From NCBI RefSeq assembly GCF_964355755.1, contig NC_092670.1:37870388-37934387 (forward strand): a stretch of DNA of 64,000 bases, given 5' to 3'. This stretch comes from Antedon mediterranea (Eukaryota > Animalia > Echinodermata). Position numbers and translations under genes: made by a program. Of this stretch, positions 27,201 through 37,801 are shown piece by piece (within the stretch, counting starts at the first letter, position 1; every line of letters begins with the position of its first letter). The notes under the pieces were generated by a model. The model saw nothing but the letters and a program-made list of their open reading frames with translations, did not search any database and was not told the DNA's origin.

Positions 27201-30200
27201 CAACAGGTACCCCGTCAACACCAAGTACAACTGCAACAGGTACCCCATCAACACCAAGTACAACTGCAACAGGTACCCCGTCAACACCAAGTACAACTGC
27301 AACAGGTACTCCGTCAACACCAAGTACAACTGCAACAGGTACCCCGTCAACACCAAGTACGACTGCAACAGGTACCCCGTCAACACCAAGTGCAACAGGT
27401 ACCCTGTCAACACCAAGTGCAACAGGTACCCCGTCAACAGCAAGTACAACTGCAACAGGTACCCCGTCAACACCAATTACAACTGCAACAGGTACCCCAT
27501 CAACACCAATTACAACTGCAACAGGTACCCCGTCAACAGCAAGTACAACTGCAACAGGTACCCCGTCATCACCAAGTACAACTGCACCAGGTACCCCGTC
27601 AACACCAAGTACAACTGCAACAGGTACCCCGTCAACACCAAGTACAACTGCACCAGGTACCCCGTCAACACCAAGTACAACTGCAACAGGTACCCCGTCA
27701 ACACCAAGTACAACTGCAACAAGTACCCCGTCAACACCAAGTACAACTGCAACAGGTACCCCATCAACACCAAGTACAACTGCAACAGGTACTCCGTCAA
27801 CACCAAGTACAACTGCAACAGGTACCCCGTCAACACCAAGTACAACTGCAACAGGTACCCCATCAACACCAAGTAGAACTGCAACAGGTACTCCGTCAAC
27901 ACCAAGTACAACTGCAACAGGTACCCCGTCAACACCAATTACAACTGCAACAGGTACCCCGTCATCACCAATTACAACTGCAACAGGTACCCCGTCAACA
28001 CCAATTACAACTGCAACAGGTACCCCGTCAACACCAATTACAACTGCAACGGGTACCCCGTCAACAGCAAGTACAACTGCAACAGGTACCCCGTCAACAC
28101 CAATTACAACTGCAACAGGTACCCCGTCAACACCAAGTACAACTGCAACAGGTACCCCGTCAACACCAAGTACAACTGTAACAGGTACCCCGTCAACACC
28201 AAGTACAACTGCAACAGGTACCCCGTCAACACAAAGTACAACTGCAACAGGTACCCCGTCAACACCAAGTACGACTGCAACAGGTACCCCGTCAACACCA
28301 ATTACAACTGCAACAGGTACCCCGTCAACACCAAGTACAACTGCACCAGGTACCCCGTCAACACCAAGTACAACTGCAACAGGTACCGCGTCAACTCCAA
28401 GAACAACTGCAACAGGTACCCCGTCAACACCAAGTACAACTGCAACAGGTACCCCATCAACACCAAGTACAACTGCAACAGGTACCCCATCAACACCAAT
28501 TACAACAGGTACCCCGTCAACACCAAGTACAACTGCAACAGGTACCCCGTCAACTCCAAGAACAACTGCAACAGGTACCCCGTCAACACCAAGTACAACT
28601 GGAACAGGTACCCCATCAACACCAATTACAACAGGTACCCCGTCAACACCAAGTACAACTGCAACAGGTACCCCATCAACTCCAAGAACAACTGCAACAG
28701 GTACCCCATCAACACCAAGTACAACTGCAACAGGTACCCCATCAACACCAAGTACAACTGCAACAGGTACCCCGTCAACACCAAGTACAACTGCAACAGG
28801 TACCCCGTCAACACCAAGTACAACTGCAACAGGTACCCCATCAACACCAAGTACAACTGCAACAGGTACCCCGTCAACACCAAGTACAACTGCAACAGGT
28901 ACCCCATCAACACCAAGTACAACTGCAACAGGTACCCCATCAACACCCAGTACAACTGCAACAGGTACCACGTCAACACCAAGTACAACTGCAACAGGTA
29001 CCCCATCAACACCAAGTACAACTGCAACAGGTACCCCGTCCACACCAAGTACAACTGCAACAGGTATCCCATCAACACCAATTACAACTGCAACAGGTAC
29101 CCCGTCAACACCAAGTACAACTGCAACAGGTACTCCGTCAACACCAAGTACAACTGCAACAGGTACCCCGTCAATACCAAGTACAACTGCAACAGGTACC
29201 CCATCAACACCAAGTAGAACTGCAACAGGTACCCCATCAACGCCAAGTACAACTGCAACAGGTACCCCGTCAACACCAATTACAACTGCAACAGGTACCC
29301 CGTCAACACCAATTACAACTGCAACAGGTACCCCGTCAACACCAATTACAACTGCAACAGGTACCCCGTCAACACCAATTACAACTGCAACAGGTACCCC
29401 GTCAACAGCAAGTACAACTGCAACAGGTACCCCGTCAACACCAATTACAACTGCAACAGGTACCCCGTCAACACCAAGTACAACTGCAACAGGTACCCCA
29501 TCAACACCAAGTAGAACTGCAACAGGTACCCAGTCAACACCAAGTACAACTGCAACAGGTACCCCGTCAACACAAAGTACAACTGGAACAGGTACCCCAT
29601 CAACACCAATTACAACAGGTACCCCGTCAACACCAAGTACAACTGCAACAGGTACCCCATCAACTCCAAGAACAACTGCAACAGGTACCCCATCAACACC
29701 AAGTACAACTGCAACAGGTACCCCATCAACACCAAGTACAACTGCAACAGGTACCCCGTCAACACCAAGTACAACTGCAACAGGTACCCCGTCAACACCA
29801 AGTACAACTGCAACAGGTACCCCATCAACGCCAAGTACAACTGCAACAGGTACCCCGTCAACACCAAGTACAACTGCAACAGGTACCCCATCAACACCAA
29901 GTACAACTGCAACAGGTACCCCATCAACACCCAGTACAACTGCAACAGGTACCACATCAACACCAAGTACAACTGCAACAGGTACCCCATCAACACCAAG
30001 TACAACTGCAACAGGTACCCCGTCCACACCAAGTACAACTGCAACAGGTATCCCATCAACACCAATTACAACTGCAACAGGTACCCCGTCAACACCAAGT
30101 ACAACTGCAACAGGTACTCCGTCAACACCAAGTACAACTGCAACAGGTACCCCGTCAATACCAAGTACAACTGCAACAGGTACCCCATCAACACCAAGTA

Positions 30201-33200
30201 GAACTGCAACAGGTACCCCATCAACACCAAGTACAACTGCAACAGGTACCCCGTCAACACCAATTACAACTGCAACAGGTACCCCGTCAACACCAATTAC
30301 AACTGCAACAGGTACCCCGTCAACACCAATTACAACTGCAACAGGTACCCCGTCAACACCAATTACAACTGCAACAGGTACCCCGTCAACAGCAAGTACA
30401 ACTGCAACAGGTACCCCGTCAACACCAATTACAACTGCAACAGGTACCCCGTCAACACCAAGTACAACTGCAACAGGTACCCCGTCAACACCAAGTACAA
30501 CTGCACCAGGTACCCCGTCAACACCAAGTACAACTGCAACAGGTACCCCATCAACTCCAAGAACGACTGCAACAGGTACCCCGTCAACACCAAGTACAAC
30601 TGCAACAGGTACCCCGTCAACACCAAGTACAACTGCAACAGGTACCCCGTCAACACCAAGTACAACTGCAACAGGTACCCCATCAACACCAATTACGACA
30701 GGTACCCCGTCAACACCAAGTACAACTGCAACAGGTACCCCATCAACTCCAAGAACAACTGCAACAGGTACCCCGTCAACACCAAGTACAACTGCAACAG
30801 GTACCAAATCAACACCAATTACAACTGCAACAGGTACCCCGTCAACACCAAGTACAACTGCAACAGGTACCCCATCAACACCAATTACAACTGCAACAGG
30901 TACCCCGTCAACACCAAGTACAACTGCAACAGGTACCCCGTCAACACCAAGTATAACTGCAACAGGTACCCCGTCAACACCAAGTACAACTGCAACAGGT
31001 ACCCCGTCAACACCAATTACAACTGCAACAGGTACCCCGTCAACACCAAGTACAACTGCACCAGGTACCCCGTCAACACCAAGTACAACTGCAACAGGTA
31101 CCCCGTCTACACCAAGTACAACTGCAACAGGTACCCCGTCAACACCAAGTACAACTGCAACAGGTACCCCGTCAACACCAAGTACAACTGCAACAGGTAC
31201 CCCGTCAACACCAATTACAACTACCCCGTCAACACTAAGTACAACTGCAACAGGTACCCCATCAACACCAAGTAGAACTGCAACAGGTACCCCGTCAACA
31301 CCAAGTACAACTGCAACAGGTACCCCGTCAACACCAATTACAACTGCAACAGGTACCCCGTCAACTCTAATTACAACTGCAACAGGTACCCCGTCAACAC
31401 CAATTACAACTGCAACAGGTACCCCGTCAACACCAATTACAACTGCAACAGGTACCCCGTCAACACCAAGTACAACTGCAACAGGTACCCCGTCAACACC
31501 AAGTACAACTGCAACAGGTACCCCGTCAACACCAAGTACAACTGCAACAGGTACCCCGTCAACACCAAGTACAACTGCACCAGGTACCCCGTCAACACCA
31601 AGTACAACTGCAACAGGTACCCCGTCAACACCAAGTACAACTGCAACAGGTACCCCGTCAATACCAAGTACAACTGCAACAGGTACGGCGTCAACACCAA
31701 GTACAACTGCAACAGGTACCCCGTCAACACCAAGTACAACTGCAACAGGTACCCCGTCAACACCAAGTACAACTGCAACAGGTACCCCGTCAACACCAAG
31801 TACAACTGCAACAGGTACCCCGTCAACACCAAGTACAACTGCAACAGGTACGCCGTCAACACCAAGTACAACTTCAACAGGTACCCCGTCAACAGCAAGT
31901 ACAACTGCAACAGGTACCCCGTCAACACCAAGTACAACTGCAACAGGTACGCCGTCAACACCAAGTACAACTGCAACAGGTACCCCGTCAACACCAAGTA
32001 CAACTGCAACAGGTACCCCGTCAACAGCAAGTACAACTGCAACAGGTACGCCGTCAACACCAAGTACAACTGCAACAGGTACCCCGTCAACACCAAGTAC
32101 AACTGCAACAGGTACCCCGTCAACACCAAGTACAACTGCACCAGGTACCCCGTCAAAACCAAGTACAACTGCAACAGGTACCCCATCTACACCAAGTACA
32201 ACTGCAACAGGTACCCCGTCAACACCCAGTACAACTGCAACAGGTACCCCGTCAACACCCAGTACAACTGCAACAGGTACGCCGTCAACACCAAGTACAA
32301 CTGCAACAGGTACCCCGTCAACACCCAGTACAACTGCAACAGGTACCCCGTCAACAGCAAGTACAACTGCAACAGGTACGCCGTCAACAGCAAGTACAAC
32401 TGCAACAGGTACCCCGTCAACACCAAGTACAACTGCAACAGGTACCCCGTTAACAGCAAGTATAACTGCAACAGGTACCCCGTTAACACCAAGTACAACT
32501 GCAACAGGTACCCCGTCAACACTAAGTACAACTGCAACAGGTACGCCGTCAACACCAAGTACAACTGCAACAGGTACCCCATTAACACCAAGTACAACTT
32601 CAACAGGTACCCCGTCAACACCAAGTACAACTGCAACAGGTACCCCAACCCCACATAAAGGTAATCTGTTTCTATTATCTTCTCTATAAATTTTAAAAGA
32701 AATTGGTGTAGTCAAAAAAAAAAGTAATAGGCCTTTACAATAACAATGGTTTGTTTAATACATCTGCAGATTATTGTAAATTTGATGTTGCTTAATGAAA
32801 ATAAAAATAAGTTATAACAATTTTCTACAAAAACAACTCCAAAATATACTTTGTTTATGTAGAGAACCTTTTGTATCTTTGCCCTTGGAACAGTGGTGCC
32901 ACCTTTATCATGTTTATTCTTGGCAATTCCTAATTTGAGAAATAAGAAAAAAAAAATTTAACAAATACATTTAACAATTAATAATATGCTCTACTTTTTG
33001 ATTTCTAGAAACTTGTGAACAAAAACAGGCAGTCGAAACGTTTAGTACAGTATATAATAATAAAACCTGCACAACAGCAGGCATTCAAATTGATTACTGT
33101 GATGGAATGTGCGCTTCAACTACTACTCACCATGTAGAAATCAGAACACAGACTATTACTTATGATACCAAATGTGGTTGCTGTAGGCCAGAGGCACCAG

Positions 33201-33361
33201 TGTCTGTAACTAGAATGATAACGTTTATCTGTGATGATAATGAAAATGTTGAACTAGAAATTACTTTAGACACCTTTGATCGTTGTACCTGTACGGATGA
33301 TACCTGTAAAAGTACTAGTACTAGTACTAGTCCTAGTACTAGTACAGTCATTTTAGCCTAA
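697..33361 (+). CDS. Giant gel-forming mucin-like protein, 5' end outside the window: EGFx5-VWD-C8-TIL-VWD-C8-TIL-TIL-VWD-C8-(TIL)-FA58C-FA58C-PTS-CTCK
   Basis: Exons read with AG acceptors and GT donors in one continuous frame: 697-810, 1487-1600, 1955-2077, 2696-2827, 3146-3247, 3657-3698 (or 3695), 4292-4804, 5545-5645, 6395-6554, 7982-8216, 8725-8771, 9249-9571, 10055-10199, 10778-10942, 12556-12726, 13398-13635, 14018-14308, 14983-15029, 15322-15504, 16564-16763, 17110-17214, 17739-18024, 18767-19003, 19747-20283, 22353-32660, 33009-33361 (stop). The sum is 15272 nt, i.e. 2 nt + 5090 codons. Motifs: [52 protein letters not shown]. Confidence 0.9.
4292..8771 (+). CDS. Mucin D1 assembly (VWD-C8-TIL-E)
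   Basis: FCTVWDKQNYRTFDG...VTGMCGSYDG (VWD); YYLEACYESICSC...CICSDFAAYALEC..WRTADFC (C8); EEYSPCESTCGGTC...CLEGCKC...CVPSTDCPC (TIL). Confidence 0.88.
5656..5814. mobile_element. PIF/Harbinger-type MITE family B
   Basis: TIRs AGGCCCGTTAACACTAGGACGATAA ... TTATCGTCTTAGTGTAAATGGGCCT flanked by TTA on both sides. Confidence 0.8.
6000..6245 (-). mobile_element. tRNA-derived CORE-like SINE; second copy about 45275-45495
   Basis: Minus strand has the B-box-like GGTTCAAATCC and CCTTAGGCAAGACACTT, similar to the MIR/CORE motif CCTTGGGCAAGTCACTT. A homologous copy lies in a SPAG1 intron. Confidence 0.6.
6576..7141. mobile_element. Non-autonomous TIR element with 3-bp TSD and internal TTCACACCAA / CTCCGGAG motif arrays
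   Basis: TACCACTTTCACACCAAAA ... TTTTGGTGTGAAAGGGGTA, flanked by ATA on both sides; the two motifs recur several times inside. Confidence 0.75.
9249..15029 (+). CDS. Mucin D2 and D' assemblies (VWD-C8-TIL-TIL)
   Basis: [27 protein letters not shown]...TCGLCGTYN; YYDSCLQDVC...HCNMMSQYVSDC; two TIL exons at 13398-13635 and 14018-14308. Confidence 0.88.
10344..10669. mobile_element. TTAA-flanked MITE (Kolobok-like), degraded copy
   Basis: TTAA-AGAT...GGGAGACAATACATCT-TTAA; homologous to 35330-35534 and partly to about 9020-9160. Confidence 0.6.
10951..12240. repeat. Intronic minisatellite, unit GCCATAATGCCCATATTTGGTAATGATAT(CAT), 29/32 bp, with 21-bp units at the 3' end
   Basis: About 40 tandem units starting 9 nt after the donor at 10943. 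Confidence 0.95.
12900..13120 (+). mobile_element. Probable L2/CR1-type LINE 3' tail fragment
   Basis: TTTAAAACTAAACTCAAAACTCATCTCTTC (FKTKLKTHLF-like ORF2 end), then CAGCGCTTTGA..GCGCTTTATAAAT and an (ATT)n tail. Confidence 0.5.
14423..14802. mobile_element. Non-autonomous DNA transposon, Sola-like (GAG...CTC ends, TATA flanks)
   Basis: TATA-GAGTATCACGGT ... ACCGTGATACTC-TATA. A full inverted copy lies at 47358-47737 and a partial copy at about 2945-3100. Confidence 0.8.
15322..19003 (+). CDS. Mucin D3 assembly (VWD-C8-partial TIL) followed by a short Thr/Pro linker
   Basis: [104 protein letters not shown], closely matching the VWF/MUC2 D3 pattern. Confidence 0.9.
15673..15955 (+). mobile_element. 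tRNA-derived SINE; related copies about 12330-12510 (-), 43802-44010 (+), 50760-50960 (-), 60968-61165 (+)
   Basis: A-box-like TGGCTTGGTGG, B-box GGTTCAAGTCC, A-rich tail. The copies share the head and fall into two tail types. Confidence 0.75.
18380..18720 (+). mobile_element. Deu/Nin-domain SINE; second copy about 37330-37650
   Basis: AAAACTGGAGGTCCAGTGTACAC..GTGCACTTTAAAGAAC..TTCGGAAGAGTAGGGGGTTTCCC resembles the conserved central domain of DeuSINE/Nin-DC SINEs (from memory of the consensus). Confidence 0.6.
19060..19310. repeat. Degenerate repeat of GTGGGTTACTATTAGA-type units
   Basis: The motif recurs about 7 times in the intron. Confidence 0.7.
19747..22775 (+). CDS. Two FA58C / discoidin (F5/8 type C)-like domains separated by a Thr-rich linker
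   Basis: Exon 19747-20283: CNNDL..EGWTP..YVEFNF..IIGVQG..YVTELKLYY..PALRIAFYGC. Start of exon 22353: CDDEL..TWFP..YVDVTF..ITSLTIQG..VTKLKLYH..PTVRFGIFGC. Both have the terminal Cys pair and the (L/V)RxxxxGC ending typical of FA58C. Confidence 0.75.
22785..32650 (+). repeat. Coding 33-bp tandem repeat (PTS domain), about 300 copies of TTATGTPSTP(S/I)
   Basis: Unit ACAACTGCAACAGGTACCCCGTCAACACCAAGT with a GGTACC site in most units; open frame throughout; occasional 27-bp and shorter in-frame deletion units. Confidence 0.97.
33009..33361 (+). CDS. Mucin terminal exon: C-terminal cystine knot (CTCK)
   Basis: TCEQ..KTC..YCDGMC..KCGCC..IC..RCTC..TC gives 11 Cys with CxGxC, CxCC and CxC spacing. 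Phase-1 acceptor at 33007-33008; TAA ends at 33361. Confidence 0.85.
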
Positions 33362-34664
33362 AATTTAGCCAAACTTGGAACTAATTGCAGTATTATTTTA
33401 AGCGTTTCTAGTATATAGTTCATATTCAAAAAATGTTCTCACCTTATTCCTTATGACCATTTACAGGTTAAATACAGATTCTATGTGGGACAAGCTACGC
33501 GGTTTTCCGCTTAGCATTACCGCTAGTCTGTGTAAATTGGCCTTAGACCTATGTGTGTGATTGGTCATTATCTCAACCCCAAAATTCAATTCAATTCAAT
33601 TCAACTTTTATTTCAGACAATTGTCCATATGGTATAATACATTAGACAAAAAAAAAAATATGAAGGAGAGGGGACCAAAACCTTTATCTATTGGTATATA
33701 ATGCCTATCTCCATTTGTAGTACATGTTTGAATCCATCAACAAATATTTATATACAAATTAACATTCTGTTTTCGCTTTTCATTATTCTTGTAAGAAATC
33801 GGTGAGTCGAAATCCTCAAATATTCATAAAATGGAATATATTCCACAAACAAATGTCATGTGCATCTATAGCTACAGCAGTATCCTATCAAATTTTAGTT
33901 ACAGTTTTTATTTGCAAGCATGCTGTTCTTTGGTAAGATTACTATTAATTTGGTTGTGAAAACAATTTGTCTTGCAGATGGCCACATGATCCTCATTAAA
34001 ACTATAATTTAAGCAAATTTAGCACAATTTATACTTTGCTTCATATAGTATTAGGCATTCAAGGATCAATTCATCATTTAGACACCCATTGTTTTAATTT
34101 GTTAAATTATATTATTTTAAATTTATATAGCTTATCATAAATTAGTTCAAATGTTTATTATTAATTATATGCACTTTGTTATTTTAGCACTAAGTGAAAA
34201 TATTAAAGCAATAATTAAAAGTGATTTGATTTTTTGTTTTTTTTCCCATAAATAGTACACACTCAGCGACTGTTACAAGCTCATAATATTACTATACACT
34301 GGGCCCTCTGGGAGATCAGTCTTGGACTGAAGAGGCTAATCAGTATAAAGAATAGATATAAGAGTGACTTTTCGTTTTCGGGCATGACATGACTATTAAA
34401 TTCAGAGCATATTGACTAACATTCTCAGTATATTTACATAGTTGAGTGAAGCAATTGTATAAAACTGGGTATGCTCGCGAAATGCATATAGTGCCAAAAA
34501 CTAAACATGAAAATGAAGATTAATAAAATCACATATTTGAAAGGCTATTTCCTAGAAGAATATAATTAACAAAAATAATGATTCTGAAACTTTTTAATAA
34601 TTATAAAAACCTTTTTAAAAGATTACAATTAGGCCTATAAATGGGATTATATATTCAGGACAAT

Positions 34665-35305
34665 ATCAGTTTCCTAACCCCTGATAGGGTTGTTGAGGCA
34701 CCACTGCTGACTTTTGGACAATCCTCCTTCATCGATCTAAATGTCCTCTGTAGCTCATTGTAAGTCAACAAAGGTCAAACCTGTCCATTCCTTGATGTTG
34801 TCTTCCCACCTCTTTCTCTGTCTGCCTCTCCTTCTCCCTTCTTGTACGGTACCCTGTGGTCTTGGCCAGCCCACTGGATCTTGGCACGTGTCTGTACCAC
34901 TCCAGCTTCCTGCTTATCACAATTGATAGCAGGTCTTTGTATGGTCCAATTGCTCTGTTGATCCTGTTGCTGACTTCCTCATTTGTGACATGGTCTTTAT
35001 AGATGTTTTGAAGATCTTGCGGAGCATCTCATTTCCAGTGCTTTTATCCATCTCTGTAGATCAGCTGTTAGTGTACAGGACTCACATGTGTACAAGAATA
35101 CGGGTGATGTCCAGAGTGCGCATAAGCCTGATCTTTGACGTTAAGGTGATGTTTCTGTCGTGCCATATTGTCTTCAATTTTTGCCAGTGCTGCTTCTGTT
35201 GTGCTATCCTGGACAATATCCCATGTTTGGACCCTTCATCAGTCATAATAGCTCCCATATATTTGAAGCTGTTTACAGTTTCCAGCTTCTGGCCTAATGT
35301 ACAAG
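34665..35305 (-). mobile_element. 5'-truncated, decayed RTE-clade LINE (end of the RT ORF)
   Basis: Minus-strand KLETVNSFKYMGAIMTDEGSKHGILSRIAQ..KLKTIWHDRNITLTSKIRLMRTL is typical of the RTE/BovB ORF C-terminus; frameshifted downstream. Confidence 0.8.
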
Positions 35306-35329
35306 AAGAACAGTACTGTATGTCATTAA

Positions 35330-35534
35330 AGATGTATTGTCTCCCTGAAAAAATAATTCTTAACATTTCCAGTGGGTTTTTGGTTGAATTTAACAATTTA
35401 TTTTGTCAATGAATGTCATGAAAACATTTTTTTTTCTATGAAAGTGATTAACTTTATTAAAACTACAAAATAACATATTCAAAGTCTGATTTAATTAATC
35501 TTCATTGTTCATGTTTTTGGGGGACAATACATCT
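35330..35534. mobile_element. TTAA-flanked MITE (Kolobok-like)
   Basis: TTAA-AGATGTATTGTCTCCC ... GGGGACAATACATCT-TTAA; AG/CT termini with a TTAA duplication. Confidence 0.75.
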
Positions 35535-35784
35535 TTAAAGTGGAAATTCCCTGGAATTTCCGTAACGTTGCGCGCGCAGTTCAATTTCATGAATGAGGGC
35601 GCTGTAATTGACAATTCTTGGAAATTCGTCGTCGAAAGTCGATCTACTAGAGGCGGAGTCTAGCGCGAGGCCTAACCTTTTAATATTAGGAAGAAGGTAG
35701 GAGCTGAATTTAGCATACATTTGTAACATTTTCATAAATAAAATTCTAAGACTTCAAATATCCCAGTATTTAAAATCAGGTACC

Positions 35785-36180
35785 ATCTCTAGCTAGCTAG
35801 GCCTACTAGTACTACCTAGCTAGGTAGTATCTAGGCTAGGCCTAGCTAGGCCTAGGCCTAGAGAGCCCTCTACTAGGCCTAGTAGGTAGGCCCATCTAGC
35901 CTAGCCTGGCCCTAGCTAGGCTAGGCTAGTAGTAGGCCTAGTAGGGCCTAGGCTAGGCCTCTAGGCCTAGTTTAGTTAGTAGTAGGCCCTAGGCGCGCCT
36001 ATTCTATATGATGATTTAATTGTCTTATATACCGACCGAGAGCCTCCTCTGGCCTAGAGGCTAGCTAGCATAGCTAGGCCTGGCACTACTACTACTGTAC
36101 CAGCTAGCCTAGAAGGCCCTCTACTCTAGCCTAGGTGGCCTTAGCTAGGCTTCAATAATACTACAGTACACAGCCTAGAC
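35785..36180. repeat. Low-complexity tract of CTAG/GGCC/AGCT palindromes (TAGGCCTA-rich)
   Basis: Dense CTAGGCCTAG, CTAGCTAG and TAGTAG units. Confidence 0.85.
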
Positions 36181-37801
36181 CGGGTCCGGTTATCAGACGA
36201 TCGGGACCATGGACGATCGGGCCCAGACGTTCTTAATCTTGGAAAATTTTTTTTAATAAATAGGCGAATACAAACAACACAATAGTAACAATCAAAATCA
36301 ATCACATTTATTCATAAATCGAGAGTATTGGTAAGAAATTCTTAGGAGTCTTAAGACTTAATTAGGGGAAAATTATGATAAAATCAGAAAAAATTTAATT
36401 AACCTTTTTAATTAAAATCTTAATTACGCAAGAAAAGCACGACACTAGCACTAGGAATGAAAAATAATGAAATGTGGCACATTACTTTATATAACACAAA
36501 AGACTATTGGGCTCAACACTAAGACGATCGGGACCAACTGGTAAGACTATCGGGCCCAACGTGGTTCTGAAAACACTGGACAATCTGGCCCAACTGGTAT
36601 GACGATCAGGCCCAACGCTGAAGACGGGCCTAGCTAGGAGCCTAGCTAGGAGCCTAATATCTACGCCCTAGTAGGGGACTATCTATCTATACTAGAGTAA
36701 AACAATAACACAAGTGCCTTATAGGCCTACTACTAGAGACATGCCGCTAGAGAACAGGTAAATTGCGTTGTGATCGGTCCTCACACGAATGTAAACATAA
36801 CTAATTGATGATTCGTAAACCTACAAAAAAAAAAAACATCCCTCTCGGAAAATTATGATTTAAGATGATCATGAGTAAAAAAAATAAAATCCCACAAAAA
36901 TGTTGTCAAGCAGAGAGTCGATTCCACAAACCCTCACGCCATAGCCTGCACCACCGAGCCATCCAGCTCGTCTATGAATTGGGTTTTACTTTGTATATGA
37001 ATGAATAAAACACATATTGTATGATTGTAAGCATTTTAACCGATCAATCAGAACTGGTTTGACATCATTTCTATACTGTACTCGTAAGTGGCCTACTGTA
37101 GAGTAGATCGTAAATAGGCTGGTCAGAGCATCATGCATCTTATATAGGACTATTTAAGATTTAACTTCTGCTGGACAGAAGAAACATAGTTACAATTACA
37201 TAATGTAAATGTGAATGGAAAATATGCCAAACTAGACCTCTATGCACCCTTGTGCGAGAAATGAGTAATCGAACATAGCGTGTCTGTTGTCATTGTTATG
37301 CGCAAATGGCAGAGCAGTTTAGGCAGGGGCGCCGTTTACCATACCTAAAGAGCCAACAACATCGGCAAGGGTTCGAGGCCGACTCGCTCCTAGTTCTGGT
37401 GGTGGAACAAGTCTTCTCGGATAAGGACTATAAACTGTAGGTCCAGTGTACACAGTTATGACCTGTGTGCACTTTAAAGAACCCAGTTCATTATTCGAAA
37501 AAAGAGTAGGAGGGTTACCCTGGTGAACTAGTTCACAAAATAGCCCCTGTATCAGGGGGATTACCACCTATCTGATAGGACAGTGATTAATTCACTATTG
37601 ATAATCCTTGGCCACATTGCCTAAAGACATAAAATAAAAACAAAATAAAATAATGATTTACACAATTTTCAGTATTTGATTATAACCAAACCACGATAAC
37701 TTACTTATTATATCCTAAATTTATAAATAATGCAAGTGAAATTTATTAATTTAATAACTTAACAGAAAAAAATGTATAAACATAAGGGGCCTCAATCCTC
37801 T

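Noticed and set aside
22785-32650. Possible CRISPR-like array (33-bp period)
   Set aside because: Head-to-tail repeats with no unique spacers, eukaryotic context and no cas genes.
22726-32715. 3329-aa antisense ORF (VAVVLGVDGVP)n, plus the Gln-rich and Leu/Tyr-rich alternative-frame ORFs
   Set aside because: These follow automatically from a 33-bp unit with no stop in those frames. Only the PTS frame connects through splice sites to the FA58C and CTCK exons.
34990-35412. 140-aa plus-strand ORF
   Set aside because: Antisense reading of the RTE LINE fragment running into a MITE.
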